This document shows positions 11,483 to 22,059 of a stretch of 46,168 nucleotides of DNA, piece after piece. Positions within the stretch are counted from its first letter, which is position 1. Each line of letters opens with the position of its first letter. This stretch comes from Octopus bimaculoides (Eukaryota), in the NCBI RefSeq assembly GCF_001194135.2, contig NC_068982.1, positions 69,375,353 to 69,421,520 of the forward strand. The letters are read 5' to 3'. Under the pieces are notes generated by a model. It searched no databases. It was not told where the DNA came from and saw nothing but the letters and a program-made list of their open reading frames with translations. The position numbers were made by a program, and so were the translations under genes.

Positions 11483-12845
11483 TGATATAAGAGGTCATGA
11501 GTTCCTCTAGCCTTCTTCCTACAACCTTTCTGTTCTTCTGATAGTAAACTCTAGAAGTCAAGGTGCTCGTAAATACTTTTTAAAAGCATTCCTGATAACA
11601 GCTTCCACACTAATTGGTCTATAATGCTAACTGTTTTATCCTTGCTTTTATCATTCATAATGAATATTGTTGTTCCTCTAGTCATTCAAGCTGGTATTAT
11701 TTCTCCATTCAGGCAATCCTGAAGTTGTTCCCTCAGCCTCCCATATAAACTACTAAATTTCTTCATCTAATACCCTAGAACTAAATCTGGCCATGGGCCT
11801 TTTCAATTCGGCATTTTTCCTAACACTTTACTCCTTAATGCGCTAGTCAGTCTTAGATCTTGTTGCTTCTCACCCACTACTTCTTCCCTCACTTTCTTTA
11901 ACCATACTGCATCTCCATTGTGATTGACTGGCTTATCCCAAATAGTACTCCGGAACTTTCTTGCTTTCTGCATTAGGTATCTCATCTTCAGTACTTTCTT
12001 CTCCCTTATTTATTTGGTTATAAAATCTCCTCTTGTCCGTCTCAAATAATTTATTCTGTCGATACTAATCTATTCTTTTCTGATATTTGAAAAGCTTACC
12101 TTCAACTGCTATGATACGCTGTTTCAACACTTCTATGACTGTCCCAGATCTTTTCTCTTAGACTAAGTATCTTTTCTTAAGAGAAGATTTAAATCTTGTA
12201 TATCCTAACTTATTCAGTTTCCAGGCTTCTATTCTACTCGGATCTTGTCTTAAAGTCTTTACTTTATTTTGTTTGTAATTTCCTTCTCCACATTTGCTCT
12301 TTTCTAATCTCTCTTTGTGGAATATCTGATCTTCTATTAACTAATACCCCTCCTGCATAGATCAATAAGTTAGTGTCTCCTATATTTTTAGTATCTATCC
12401 TACTGATAACAGAATCTACTTTCCTAGTCATATCTAGCAGCTTCCTTCTGTTGGTACCTTTTAATTCTGGCAATCTTTTTCTTACTTCTTTACTCATTAC
12501 TTTCTGCAACTCATCTAAAATCTTCTGATCTTCCTCACTTAAATCACTAAAAATGCTGGTGCCAGTTGTCCTTGCCTTATTGATAGTGCTGTTATTATTT
12601 TTTCCTTTGGGTTCTTTTTTGGTTTGTGCCGTATCTCTTATGTTGTTGTTTATCTTTCCAACTGCCTGGTCTGCGTGTATGCAGCTTGAGATAATGGTCA
12701 CTTCCGACATTACCTCGACAGACTCGACATTATCTCGAGTGATTGGGAAGCCCTTTTCAGGTATTGCACTGCTTACCTGTTAATTAGAAAGGATCTAGAA
12801 CATTTCCAAACAAAGCTCGCCTAATTCCAAAACTGACTGAATTCC
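11483..12845 (-). pseudogene. Dong/R4-like (RLE-type) non-LTR retrotransposon, pre-RT region and RT N-terminus, degenerate
   Basis: Minus-strand translation gives NLLIYAGGVLV, MWRRKLQTK, KMPN*KGPWPDLVLGY*MKKFSSLYGRLREQLQDCLNG, *MTRGTT, VWKLLSG and LLSEEQKGCRKKARGTHDLLY. These match the Dong/R4 pattern WKAPGPD-GYWLKK ... PEEQKGCR..RGT.D.L. Confidence 0.85.
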
Positions 12846-12851
12846 AGGTAG

Positions 12852-13021
12852 CAGGCTCTCTGCAGCCTGAAAGATATTTCTTCATCCAGGGAGCAAGAAC
12901 GGCTGAGTGTGCTGCCCAGGAAGACAAACTTGTTTACCACTTTCAGAATTGTTCCTTCAACCAAAATAGCTGGTTCCACATAGGGATTTCCTGGTGCAGG
13001 CTGGAACATTACAACAGTCTT
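12852..13021 (-). pseudogene. RTE-clade LINE, inverted 5' segment (late RT/thumb region)
   Basis: KTVVMFQPAPGNPYVEPAILVEGTILKVVNKFVFLGSTLSRSCSLDEEISFRLQRA matches the RTE/BovB-type KT.VM.QP.PG..Y..P.I...G..L..V..F.YLGSTLS motif. Confidence 0.85.
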
Positions 13022-13468
13022 GAAACACGTTATTAGAAGGAAGGATAGCAAGATCCCTAAGCAGATGCTATCTAGGGAACTTGTGAATGAAAAGAGACCC
13101 CAGCAGAAACCAAGACTGCAATTTAAGGACTGTGTCAAATCCTCATTAGCGGCCTGTGATCTGCAGGATATTGACTGGGAGAACAATGCCTGTCATATCC
13201 ATAGATGGAGGAAGCACGTTAAGGAGGTGGTCGACACCTTTGAAAGAGCACGTATTCAGCATGAAGAACTTAAGCGTGCTGTTCGAAAGCACACTGCTGG
13301 TGTAGTGAATGGGGAAAACATGGCCTGCAATGTTTGCAGTCGTGTATGCTTGTCAAGTGCAGGGTTCATTAGCCACCAACGGAACCGCAAATGCAAAATG
13401 TAAGTTAGTCCTAGAGCGCACAATGTTCCTGAAGGTCAGGAATGGTCTTCTACCGTCACGAGTGGACG

Positions 13469-13476
<8 letters not shown>
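13022..13476 (+). pseudogene. RTE-clade LINE 3' segment with terminal zinc finger and 3' stem-loop
   Basis: HVIRRKDSKIPKQMLSREL...KPRLQFKD; C-x2-C-x12-H-x5-C finger CNVCSRVCLSSAGFISHQRNRKC; hairpin CCGTC-acgagtg-GACGG at 13453-13469, then catcat and (TA)n. Confidence 0.85.
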
Positions 13477-13499
<23 letters not shown>

Positions 13500-13719
13500 N
13501 NNNNNNNNNNNNNNNNNNNNNNNNNNNNNNNNNNNNNNNNNNNNNNNNNNNNNNNNNNNNNNNNNNNNNNNNNNNNNNNNNNNNNNNNNNNNNNNNNNNN
13601 NNNNNNNNNNNNNNNNNNNNNNNNNNNNNNNNNNNNNNNNNNNNNNNNNNNNNNNNNNNNNNNNNNNNNNNNNNNNNNNNNNNNNNNNNNNNNNNNNNNN
13701 NNNNNNNNNNNNNNNNNNN

Positions 13720-13924
13720 GTGTGTGTGTGTATGTATGTATGTATGTATGTATGTATGTATGTATGTATGTATGTATGTATGTATGTATGTATGTATGTA
13801 TACTTGTATGCGTGTGTATGCGTGTGTGTGTATACGTGTATGCGAGTGTGTGTATGTATGTATGTGTGTATGCGTATGTGTATATGTATGTATGAATGTA
13901 TGTATGCATGTATGTATGTATGTA
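13720..13924. repeat. (TATG)n/(TG)n tract (tail or target of the RLE LINE)
   Basis: Direct reading. Confidence 0.9.
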
Positions 13925-14470
13925 TTATGTCATTATTCAGTTTTATTTCAAGATTTCTTGTCAATAAAGAAAGAGTCGGTTTCCAACCTAGATCCAAGAC
14001 TCCTTCATTGGAATTTCAAAATCAACAACAGGGTATTTTTGTATGTATGTACGTATGTATGTATGTATATGTGCAGATTTGTATATTTTGTTTTATGCAT
14101 GTATTCTCATGCATATAAATTTGTATGTCTAGACATGCTCATACATACTTAAGTGATAAACTTTTGGAAAGTTTCATGGATTTTTACAGTTCCAGTGATG
14201 GCTTGGATCTGTAGCATTCGAATCAGCTTTCTCTTTTCTAGTTTTGAGAAGCCTAATTTCTCAAGATTGGTATTGGACAGTGTGTTACATATCTCAGTGC
14301 CCAATAATTACAGGTACAAACATGAACTTGATATTTAGATAGAGTAACTGTAGATTCCTCAATAGTTCAACGTAGGTATTTTCTTTTTCGCTGACCTTTA
14401 GTTTTATGCTAACATCCGCTGGGCAGTTGATTTCCACTACTGTACAGTTTCTCTTCTCTATCACAGATTA
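13922..14470 (-). pseudogene. 5'-truncated RLE-type LINE 3' end (endonuclease domain plus 3' UTR)
   Basis: Minus strand with frameshifts: IICDREEKL/VVEINCPADVSIKLKVSEKENTYVELLRNLQLLY/KFMFVPVIIG...FQKFIT*, stop at 14149-14151. The 3' UTR ends gaaataaaactgaataatgacat followed by (ATAC)n. Confidence 0.8.
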
Positions 14471-14480
14471 TGTATGTATG

Positions 14481-14514
<34 letters not shown>

Positions 14515-14560
14515 TGTATGTATGCATGCATACATGCATGTATGCATCTATGTATATACG
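14471..14560. repeat. (TATG)n tract at the 5' truncation point of the RLE LINE
   Basis: Direct reading. Confidence 0.9.
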
Positions 14561-14834
14561 TAGTGCAAGGCCTTCCTCACTTTAAAAAGTTTCAGGCATA
14601 GGATTTCACTAGATTTTTTCTATTAGCATCCCTATTAAGGTAAAACATTTCAATGAAAAATTCAATGATGGAATGAAAGCATGTGTCAACGTACGTTCTT
14701 TGTAGATCTTCTGCAAGGGACACCTGCATTTGTCACATCTGTGCAAAAGATTGTAGTCCCCTGGTACGCTCCGATTTGTTATTTACTATTTGCTTCTTGT
14801 TACATGAAGCCCAACGTACAAAATGTCATATTTA

Positions 14835-16172
14835 CCAAAGCCTATTCCCCATAGGAGTGGGTAGCCACAACAAGACACACACCAGGCATTTCATTCATTT
14901 CCCAGCTCAAAGAGGCGAGCCCCATCTTATGCTCGGGTCAAGGCAGAGAAAGCAACCCCCGACATCAGCAGCGGGGCTCGATAGCATATGCTAATTTACC
15001 CCCACCGCATCATAGTTTTGTACCTTTTTGAGCAACATCAATTTACTCATCCATCCACAAACACTCTCCAAGCTTTCCTATCATTCATAAACTCTCTTGC
15101 CTCTCTCACTCCAACACCTCTAATATCACCAAAGCTTTCCGCACTCCATCCACCCGCACAAACTGAGGTCTGCCTCTGGTTCTGCTGCTTACCACTTCAG
15201 CCTTCATCACCCTCCTTACCATCCGCTCCTCATCGATCCTCTCCATGTGGCCAAACCACCCCAACATTCGTCTATCCATTCTGGTACATGGATTTTCTCT
15301 AATTCCTACTCGCCTTCGCACTTCCTCATTCCTCATCCTGTCCATCCACATCACACCAACCATAGCCCTCAAACATCTCATCTTGCACACATCTCGTCGC
15401 TTCCTTTCCGCTTCTCTCAGACCCCACGTCTCTGCACCATATAACATTGTAGGCGCAATCACACCCCCATACACACCTCCTTTCGCTTTAATACTCAACC
15501 TTTTATCTCTCAGCATACCTTTCACAACTCCAAGTATCTTACTCCCCTCCCTCACCCTATATCCTGCTGCTATAACCGCCCCGCCCCCCATCCGCCGTCA
15601 CATGTGATCCTAGATACTTAAAAGCACTCACCACCTCTAACATCTCACCATTTATACTCACATTCATCCTACCAGCCATTCCATCTTTCGAACATCGCAT
15701 CACCTTACTCTTAGCTACATTCACTTTCAGTTTCCTCCTCTTACACACTCTTCCAAACTCTACCACCAGTCTCCTCAGTTGCTCTTCCGAATCTGCCACC
15801 AGTGCTGTATCATCAGCCAACAACAACTGACTCACCTGCCATTTCTCTCCATTTTCTCCCACCATTTGGGCTCCCCTACCAAAAGTTGTAGCATTCACCT
15901 CTCTCACTACACCATCAATATATAGATTAAACAGCCACGGAGAAATCACTCAACCCTGTCTTAACCCCACCTTCATATCAAACCACTCACTTACTTCACC
16001 ACCCATCCTAATGCACGTCCTAATTTCTCTATAGAAACTTTGTACAGCTCTCAACAATCTACCATCTACTCTATACAACCGCAACACCTGCCACATCGCA
16101 TCCCTATCCACACGGTCATATGCCTTCTCTAGATCCATAAAGGCCCAATATACATCCCTACCTTTTGCCAAA
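14835..16172 (-). pseudogene. RTE-clade LINE, 5'-truncated, RT domain to 3' UTR
   Basis: AFMDLEKAYDRVDR, VGLRQG*VISPWLFNLY, QLLLADDTALV (YADD-equivalent at about 15809-15817), FKYLGS, MLYGAETW, WFGHMERI, RGRP. ORF ends at 15047; hairpin CCTAT-n5-ATAGG at 14841-14855. At least one stop and a frameshift near 15590. Confidence 0.92.
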
Positions 16173-16234
16173 AGGTTAATGTACAAAATGTATTACCATT
16201 ATATTACAGTGTCTTTCTCTGTGCGTATGTACAA

Positions 16235-16440
16235 ACACACACACACACACACACACTCATATGTATATATGTAAGTATGTATGTATGTATGTATGTATGT
16301 ATGTATGTATGTATGTACGTATGTATGTATACACGCGCATATATATATATATGCATATATATATATGAATATATATATATATAAATACATATGTATATAT
16401 ATATGTATGTGTGTGTGTGTGTGTGTAGGAATATATATAC
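16235..16440. repeat. Compound (CA)n/(TATG)n/(TA)n/(TG)n microsatellite
   Basis: Direct reading. Confidence 0.9.
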
Positions 16441-17124
16441 ATTATTGAAAGTAACAACGAGTTTATCCCTATAGCTGTATATGCGTGTGAATTCATCCAA
16501 ACATTTACATACCCATTTGTAAATCTATATTTCTGTACGTCTGTTCATATACCTTAGACACACAGTTATACCGTACCTTGCGGCCATTTTTTTATCACCT
16601 CTTTCATTAACATTACACCGTATGTTATATTACGTTCATATATGTTATATTATTTCCCTTTATTACATTATTATATTCCGCCCTATATTTTATTACACTA
16701 CATTATATTATATTGTATTATATTATATTATGTTCTTTTATGTAATATTACACTTCGATACATTAATTCATATTAATATGATTTAGCCTGAATGCGTTTT
16801 TCAATCACAGACAAAACCAACAACTACAACATACTCTATTTTCCAATAACAATTACCTAAATAATTTATGGACACTTAACTTGCTAAAACTAACCTTAAA
16901 TTCAAAATTTATTAACCTATACATTCCGCTTACACAAATCTACCTGGTCATATATTATTCAACTTAACCTACCAACGTCGAAGTCAATCGTACTCCATAA
17001 CACCGTCCTAAATTTACTAACTTAGGACCGGAATATGTATGCATGTATGTATAAAAACAGATGTATGTATGTATGATTGTGTGTGTATGTATGCATGTGT
17101 GTATGTAAGTGTATGTATTTATGA

Positions 17125-17250
17125 ATGTATGACTTTACTTTTTTATTTATTTGAATTCTTCCTCAAAGGAAGAAACTGGTTACTAACAAAGAAATAAAGG
17201 GCTCTGCCCCTGGAATTTAGATAACAATAACGATAATTGTTGCATCGTGA
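17125..17250 (-). mobile_element. Old copy of the RLE-LINE 3' UTR
   Basis: Aligns by eye with 13925-14045 (ttttattt...aagaaa...ggtt.c.aac...tggaattt...aacaa); also abuts a (TATG)-rich tract on its tail side. Confidence 0.6.
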
Positions 17251-17290
17251 CCTTTAGATAAATTTTGCATATTTTTACTGTTTCACTTAC

Positions 17291-17299
17291 GAATTATAT
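17291..17299 (-). other. Candidate 9-nt microexon
   Basis: Minus strand: ctgac (branch-like)...atgtcttttacag|ATATAATTC|gtaagtgaaa. Confidence 0.3.
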
Positions 17300-17519
17300 C
17301 TGTAAAAGACATGTCAGTCGGTCACATCTGCTGTGCAGTTAACCTCTATGACTCTCTTGTCGACTTTTCATAGATTGTTTAAAGCTTACTCATATAAATA
17401 TATATGTATATTTATATATTTTTTTCCGATCTGCCCATGAAGAAACACAAAACAGAAACAGAAGTCCAGAACAAAAGATGCTGCGAAAACCATACTGAAG
17501 ACAGAACTAAGTGCCCTCA

Positions 17520-18145
17520 AAACCATCTGTGATTAGCAACAGAAGAAATGCTCTCGCTACGGGCAGAGAAAAATTGCATTCGTAAGGAGAGACATCGATC
17601 GAAGAAAAGACCCAAGTATGCTACGTCGGTTTATTTTTCCCAGTGAGTGGTTGTGTGTTGTTGAAATTCTCATTATATTTCATCAAACCCTTGTTGAGGC
17701 CATGATTCATTATCATGATTCATTTTTAGTGAAGTTAACTATGCCTTGGGAAGAGAGGATGGAAGGAGACGCAAGAGAGGAAGAGAGCAAAGTACTAATA
17801 GTTGGTGGAGAGCTGTCTCGGGAACGGAGGAAAAACTAGGTGTCTGCCAGTGAAGGTGAACAATCGCAGATGCACCAGTTCCTTCTTTAGTAAAGTCTAT
17901 GAAACCTTGGACACTGAAAGAATGGAACAATCAAGAACAAGACAAAGAGTCATCCAGAGCAATATAGCGGCTGCAGAGGCGATATCAAGATAGTTTTGGT
18001 TAAAAAGAGGCGACAAGTGGGATCAGTAATACGCCACTTGGACTCAGGCCTAAGGTTGATCAACCTAAGCTGGATAAGGGAGTATGTTGTAGGAACCAAA
18101 ATACTCAGTAATTCCATGATACAACACTCCCCAAAAAGTGTCTAT
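17520..18145 (+). pseudogene. HERO-like RLE non-LTR retrotransposon 3' end
   Basis: With frameshifts: IAFVR, LKFSLYFIKPLLRP, VKLTMPWEERME, LVESCLGNGGKTRCLPVKV, AAAEAISR*FWLKRGDKWDQ*. This fits the HERO pattern LRPD...ELTVPWEER...KY..LV..C...GW...C.PVEVG...ASRWLW.KR. Confidence 0.75.
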
Positions 18146-18515
18146 GTATTGCATCTGTAGATATATGTAGAAGGAAAAACTAGGTGTCTGCCAGTGAAGG
18201 TGAACAATCGCAGATGCACCAGTTCCTTCTTTAGTAAAGTCTATGAAACCTTGGACACTGAAAGAATGGAACAATCAAGAACAAGACAAAGAGTCATCCA
18301 GAGCAATATAGCGGCTGCAGAGGCGATATCAAGATAGTTTTGGTTAAAAAGAGGCGACAAGTGGGATCAGTAATACGCCACTTGGACTCAGGCCTAAGGT
18401 TGATCAACCTAAGCTGGATAAGGGAGTATGTTGTAGGAACCAAAATACTCAGTAATTCCATGATACAACACTCCCCAAAAAGTGTCTATATATTGCATCT
18501 GTAGATATATGTAGA
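17828..18515 (+). repeat. 344-bp tandem duplication of the HERO 3' end
   Basis: 17828-18171 equals 18172-18515 except one substitution (18146 g vs 18490 a) by my reading. Confidence 0.95.
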
Positions 18516-18544
18516 AGTAGATACATACATTTATACATACATAC

Positions 18545-18703
18545 AGGAGTGACTGTGTGGTAAGTAGCTTGCTTCCCAACCGCATAATTCTGGGTTCAGT
18601 CCCACTGCGTGGCACCTTGGACAAGTGTCTTCTACTATAGCCTCGGGCCGACCAAAGCCTTGAGTGGATTTGATAAGCGCGGAAACTGAAAGAATCCCGT
18701 CGT
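18545..18703 (+). mobile_element. SINE family 1 head (tail displaced to 19779-19961)
   Basis: aggagtgactgtgtggtaagtagcttgc...gggttcagtcccactgcgtggcaccttggacaagtg. Confidence 0.9.
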
Positions 18704-18711
18704 ATATATAT

Positions 18712-19714
18712 CACCTATATATACAGGTAGACGTAGGTATGCACACACCTGTACGTATATATGCATATACTCATTTATTATTTGTTTTTACATGACCGAA
18801 CGCCAGCGTCACCACTGTTGTAAGCAATTCCAACTTTATATTTTCTGACGCTACTCTATCTCTTTCTCTATCACTTTTCCCCCCCTCTCGTTCTTCCTCT
18901 GTTACTACTACGTATCTTTCTTTATCCCTCTCATTCTTCCTTCTGTTACTACTATATCTCTCTCTTCCCCCCTCGTACTTCCTTCTGTTACTACTATATT
19001 CCTCTCTTTCTCTCGTTGCTCACCTATTCTTCTACTTCCTCCCTTTGTTTCTCCCTCTACCACTCTCTCTCTCTCCCTTACCCCTACATGGTCACATGCT
19101 TCCGGTCAATAATCCTTTTCTTCCTTGGCTATNNNNNNNNNNNNNNNNNNNNNNNNNNNNNNNNNNNNNNNNNNNNNNNNNNNNNNNNNNNNNNNNNNNN
19201 NNNNNNNNNNNNNNNNNNNNNNNNNNNNNNNNNNNNNNNNNNNNNNNNNNNNNNNNNNNNNNNNNNNNNNNNNNNNNNNNNNNNNNNNNNNNNNNNNNNN
19301 NNNNNNNNNNNNNNNNNNNNNNNNNNNNNNNNNNNNNNNNNNNNNNNNNNNNNNNNNNNNNNNNNNNNNNNNNNNNNNNNNNNNNNNNNNNNNNNNNNNN
19401 NNNNNNNNNNNNNNNNNNNNNNNNNNNNNNNNNNNNNNNNNNNNNNNNNNNNNNNNNNNNNNNNNNNNNNNNNNNNNNNNNNNNNNNNNNNNNNNNNNNN
19501 NNNNNNNNNNNNNNNNNNNNNNNNNNNNNNNNNNNNNNCTGATGAAGGAAAATGTTCTCTATGTGGGTTGTGTATTTTCTGTACTCTGGTTATTATTATT
19601 TCTTGTCTACGTTTTGTTTGCAATGTCCTGTACCCAGATATGCACCTATATATACAGGTAGATGTAGGTATGCACACACCTGTACGTATATATGCATATA
19701 CTCATTTATTATTT

Positions 19715-19718
<4 letters not shown>
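18712..19718. mobile_element. Unclassified element bounded by 76-bp direct repeats, inserted in the SINE's internal (TA)n
   Basis: 18712-18787 and 19643-19718 differ at one base; interior holds a CT-rich minisatellite and an N-gap. Confidence 0.6.
18880..19010. repeat. CT-rich minisatellite, three units of about 43 bp
   Basis: Recurrent ttcc(t)tctgttactacta. Confidence 0.7.
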
Positions 19719-19762
<44 letters not shown>

Positions 19763-19778
19763 GTATGTATTTATGTAT

Positions 19779-19961
19779 TTGACAACCAATTCTGGTGTGT
19801 TTACGTCCCCGTGGCGTAGCGGTTCGGCGGAAGAGACCGATAGAATAAGTACAGGGCTTAAGTACTGGGCTAAAGTCCTGGGATCGATTTGCTCGACTAG
19901 GGGGCGGTGCTCCAGCATGGCCGCAGTCAAATGACTGAAACAAGTAAAAGAATAAAAGAAT
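19779..19961 (+). mobile_element. SINE family 1 tail
   Basis: gacaacc...ggtgtgtttacgtcccc...gatagaataagtac...ggcggtgctccagcatggccgcagtcaaatgactgaaacaagtaaaagaataaaagaat. Confidence 0.9.
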
Positions 19962-20738
19962 ATATTTAAATATATGTCATATGTATGCATACATATAAAT
20001 ATATTTGAATATATATGATATATACACGTACATATGTATATTACGCATATATAAGTATATACGCATGCGTATATATTTGTAAGTATATATATAAGTGTAT
20101 GTGCATATATGTGTGTGTATATTTGTGTGTATATGTGTGTTTGTGTGTGTGTATACGCACATGCCCGCACACACATAAAGAATAAACCAAAATAGATCCC
20201 GACGCAGATTTAGTTCATGTAAAGGAAGAAGTGCACTTCATTTAAAATGCTATCTAATGCGCGCGTGTACACACACACATACACGTTAGCACACACACAC
20301 AAAATACACACCACACATAGACACATATACACACAATACACATACATACACACACGACACATGCATACACAACACAACGCTTATGTATGTATGTATGTAT
20401 AGTGTGTGTAGAAATTGATCTTATATGGCGTTTACTTATATTTCTTTGATGTACACCCACTTTGCCAATGTTTGTTTATATACAGAGGCTGCATCGTTTT
20501 AGTTTTTACAGTTCCTACATCGTTTTACTTTCTACAAATTAGCTTGGAGCCACAGATATATAGGAGGTGTGGAAATAGTTTGTAGTGGCAGTCCAATGTT
20601 TCCTACATGTTAGTAAAGTGAATTATAAAAAAATAAACCCACTGTTCATTCATTCATTTATTTATTATTAAGCTCACATTTAGAAATGACCTGTACAGTT
20701 CTTTCATCCAATCATTTTCATTCTGTCTATAATACATG

Positions 20739-20808
<70 letters not shown>

Positions 20809-21733
20809 TATATAGATATATATACGTAGGCGTGTATGTATGTATGTATGCATGTNNNNNNNNNNNNNNNNNNNNNNNNNNNNNNNNNNNNNNNNNNNNN
20901 NNNNNNNNNNNNNNNNNNNNNNNNNNNNNNNNNNNNNNNNNNNNNNNNNNNNNNNNNNNNNNNNNNNNNNNNNNNNNNNNNNNNNNNNNNNNNNNNNNNN
21001 NNNNNNNNNNNNNNNNNNNNNNNNNNNNNNNNNNNNNNNNNNNNNNNNNNNNNNNNNNNNNNNNNNNNNNNNNNNNNNNNNNNNNNNNNNNNNNNNNNNN
21101 NNNNNNNNNNNNNNNNNNNNNNNNNNNNNNNNNNNNNNNNNNNNNNNNNNNNNNNNNNNNNNNNNNNNNNNNNNNNNNNNNNNNNNNNNNNNNNNNNNNN
21201 NNNNNNNNNNNNNNNNNNNNNNNNNNNNNNNNNNNNNNNNNNNNNNNNNNNNNNNNNNNNNNNNNNNNNNNNNNNNNNNNNNNNNNNNNNNNNNNNNNNN
21301 NNNNNNNNNNNNNNNNNNNNNNNNNNNNNNNNNNNNNNNNNNNNNNNNNNNNNNNNNNNNNNNNNNNNNNNNNNNNNNNNNNNNNNNNNNNNNNNNNNNN
21401 NNNNNNNNNNNNNNNNNNNNNNNNNNNNNNNNNNNNNNNNNNNNNNNNNNNNNNNNNNNNNNNNNNNNNNNNNNNNNNNNNNNNNNNNNNNNNNNNNNNN
21501 NNNNNNNNNNNNNNNNNNNNNNNNNNNNNNNNNNNNNNNNNNNNNNNNNNNNNNNNNNNNNNNNNNNNNNNNNNNNNNNNNNNNNNNNNNNNNNNNNNNN
21601 NNNNNNNNNNNNNNNNNNNNNNNNNNNNNNNNNNNNNNNNNNNNNNNNNNNNNNNNNNNNNNNNNNNNNNNNNNNNNNNNNNNNNNNNNNNNNNNNNNNN
21701 NNNNNNNNNNNNNNNNNNNNNNNNNNNNNNNNN

Positions 21734-21764
<31 letters not shown>

Positions 21765-21766
<2 letters not shown>

Positions 21767-21880
21767 CGCAGGAGTGGCTCTGTGGTAAGAAGCTTGCCTC
21801 CCAACCTCATGGTTCCGGGTTCAGTCCCACTGCGTGACACCTTGGGCAAGTGTCTACTACTATCGCCTCGGGCCAACCAA
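21765..21880 (+). mobile_element. SINE family 1 head
   Basis: ggcgcaggagtggctctgtggtaag (A-box), gggttcagtccc (B-box), ccttgggcaagtg. Confidence 0.9.
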
Positions 21881-22059
21881 ATATACAATTTATGTAATGG
21901 AGAAAATGCACATCATTTAAATACTATCATGTGTACATATATGTATGCATTAGGTACACTCACGCATACATACATACATACATACATACAATTCATACAT
22001 ACATACATACATACATACATACATACATACATACGTACGTACATACATACATACATATT

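Noticed and set aside
12771-12800. AG|GT recursive site on the minus strand (ttctaattaacag|gtaagc)
   Set aside because: Falls within apparently LINE-derived sequence and has a short, interrupted pyrimidine tract.
14715-14790. Zinc-finger-like peptide CICHICAKDC as another RTE 3' end
   Set aside because: The C2H2 histidines and upstream RTE motifs are missing; too degraded to support.
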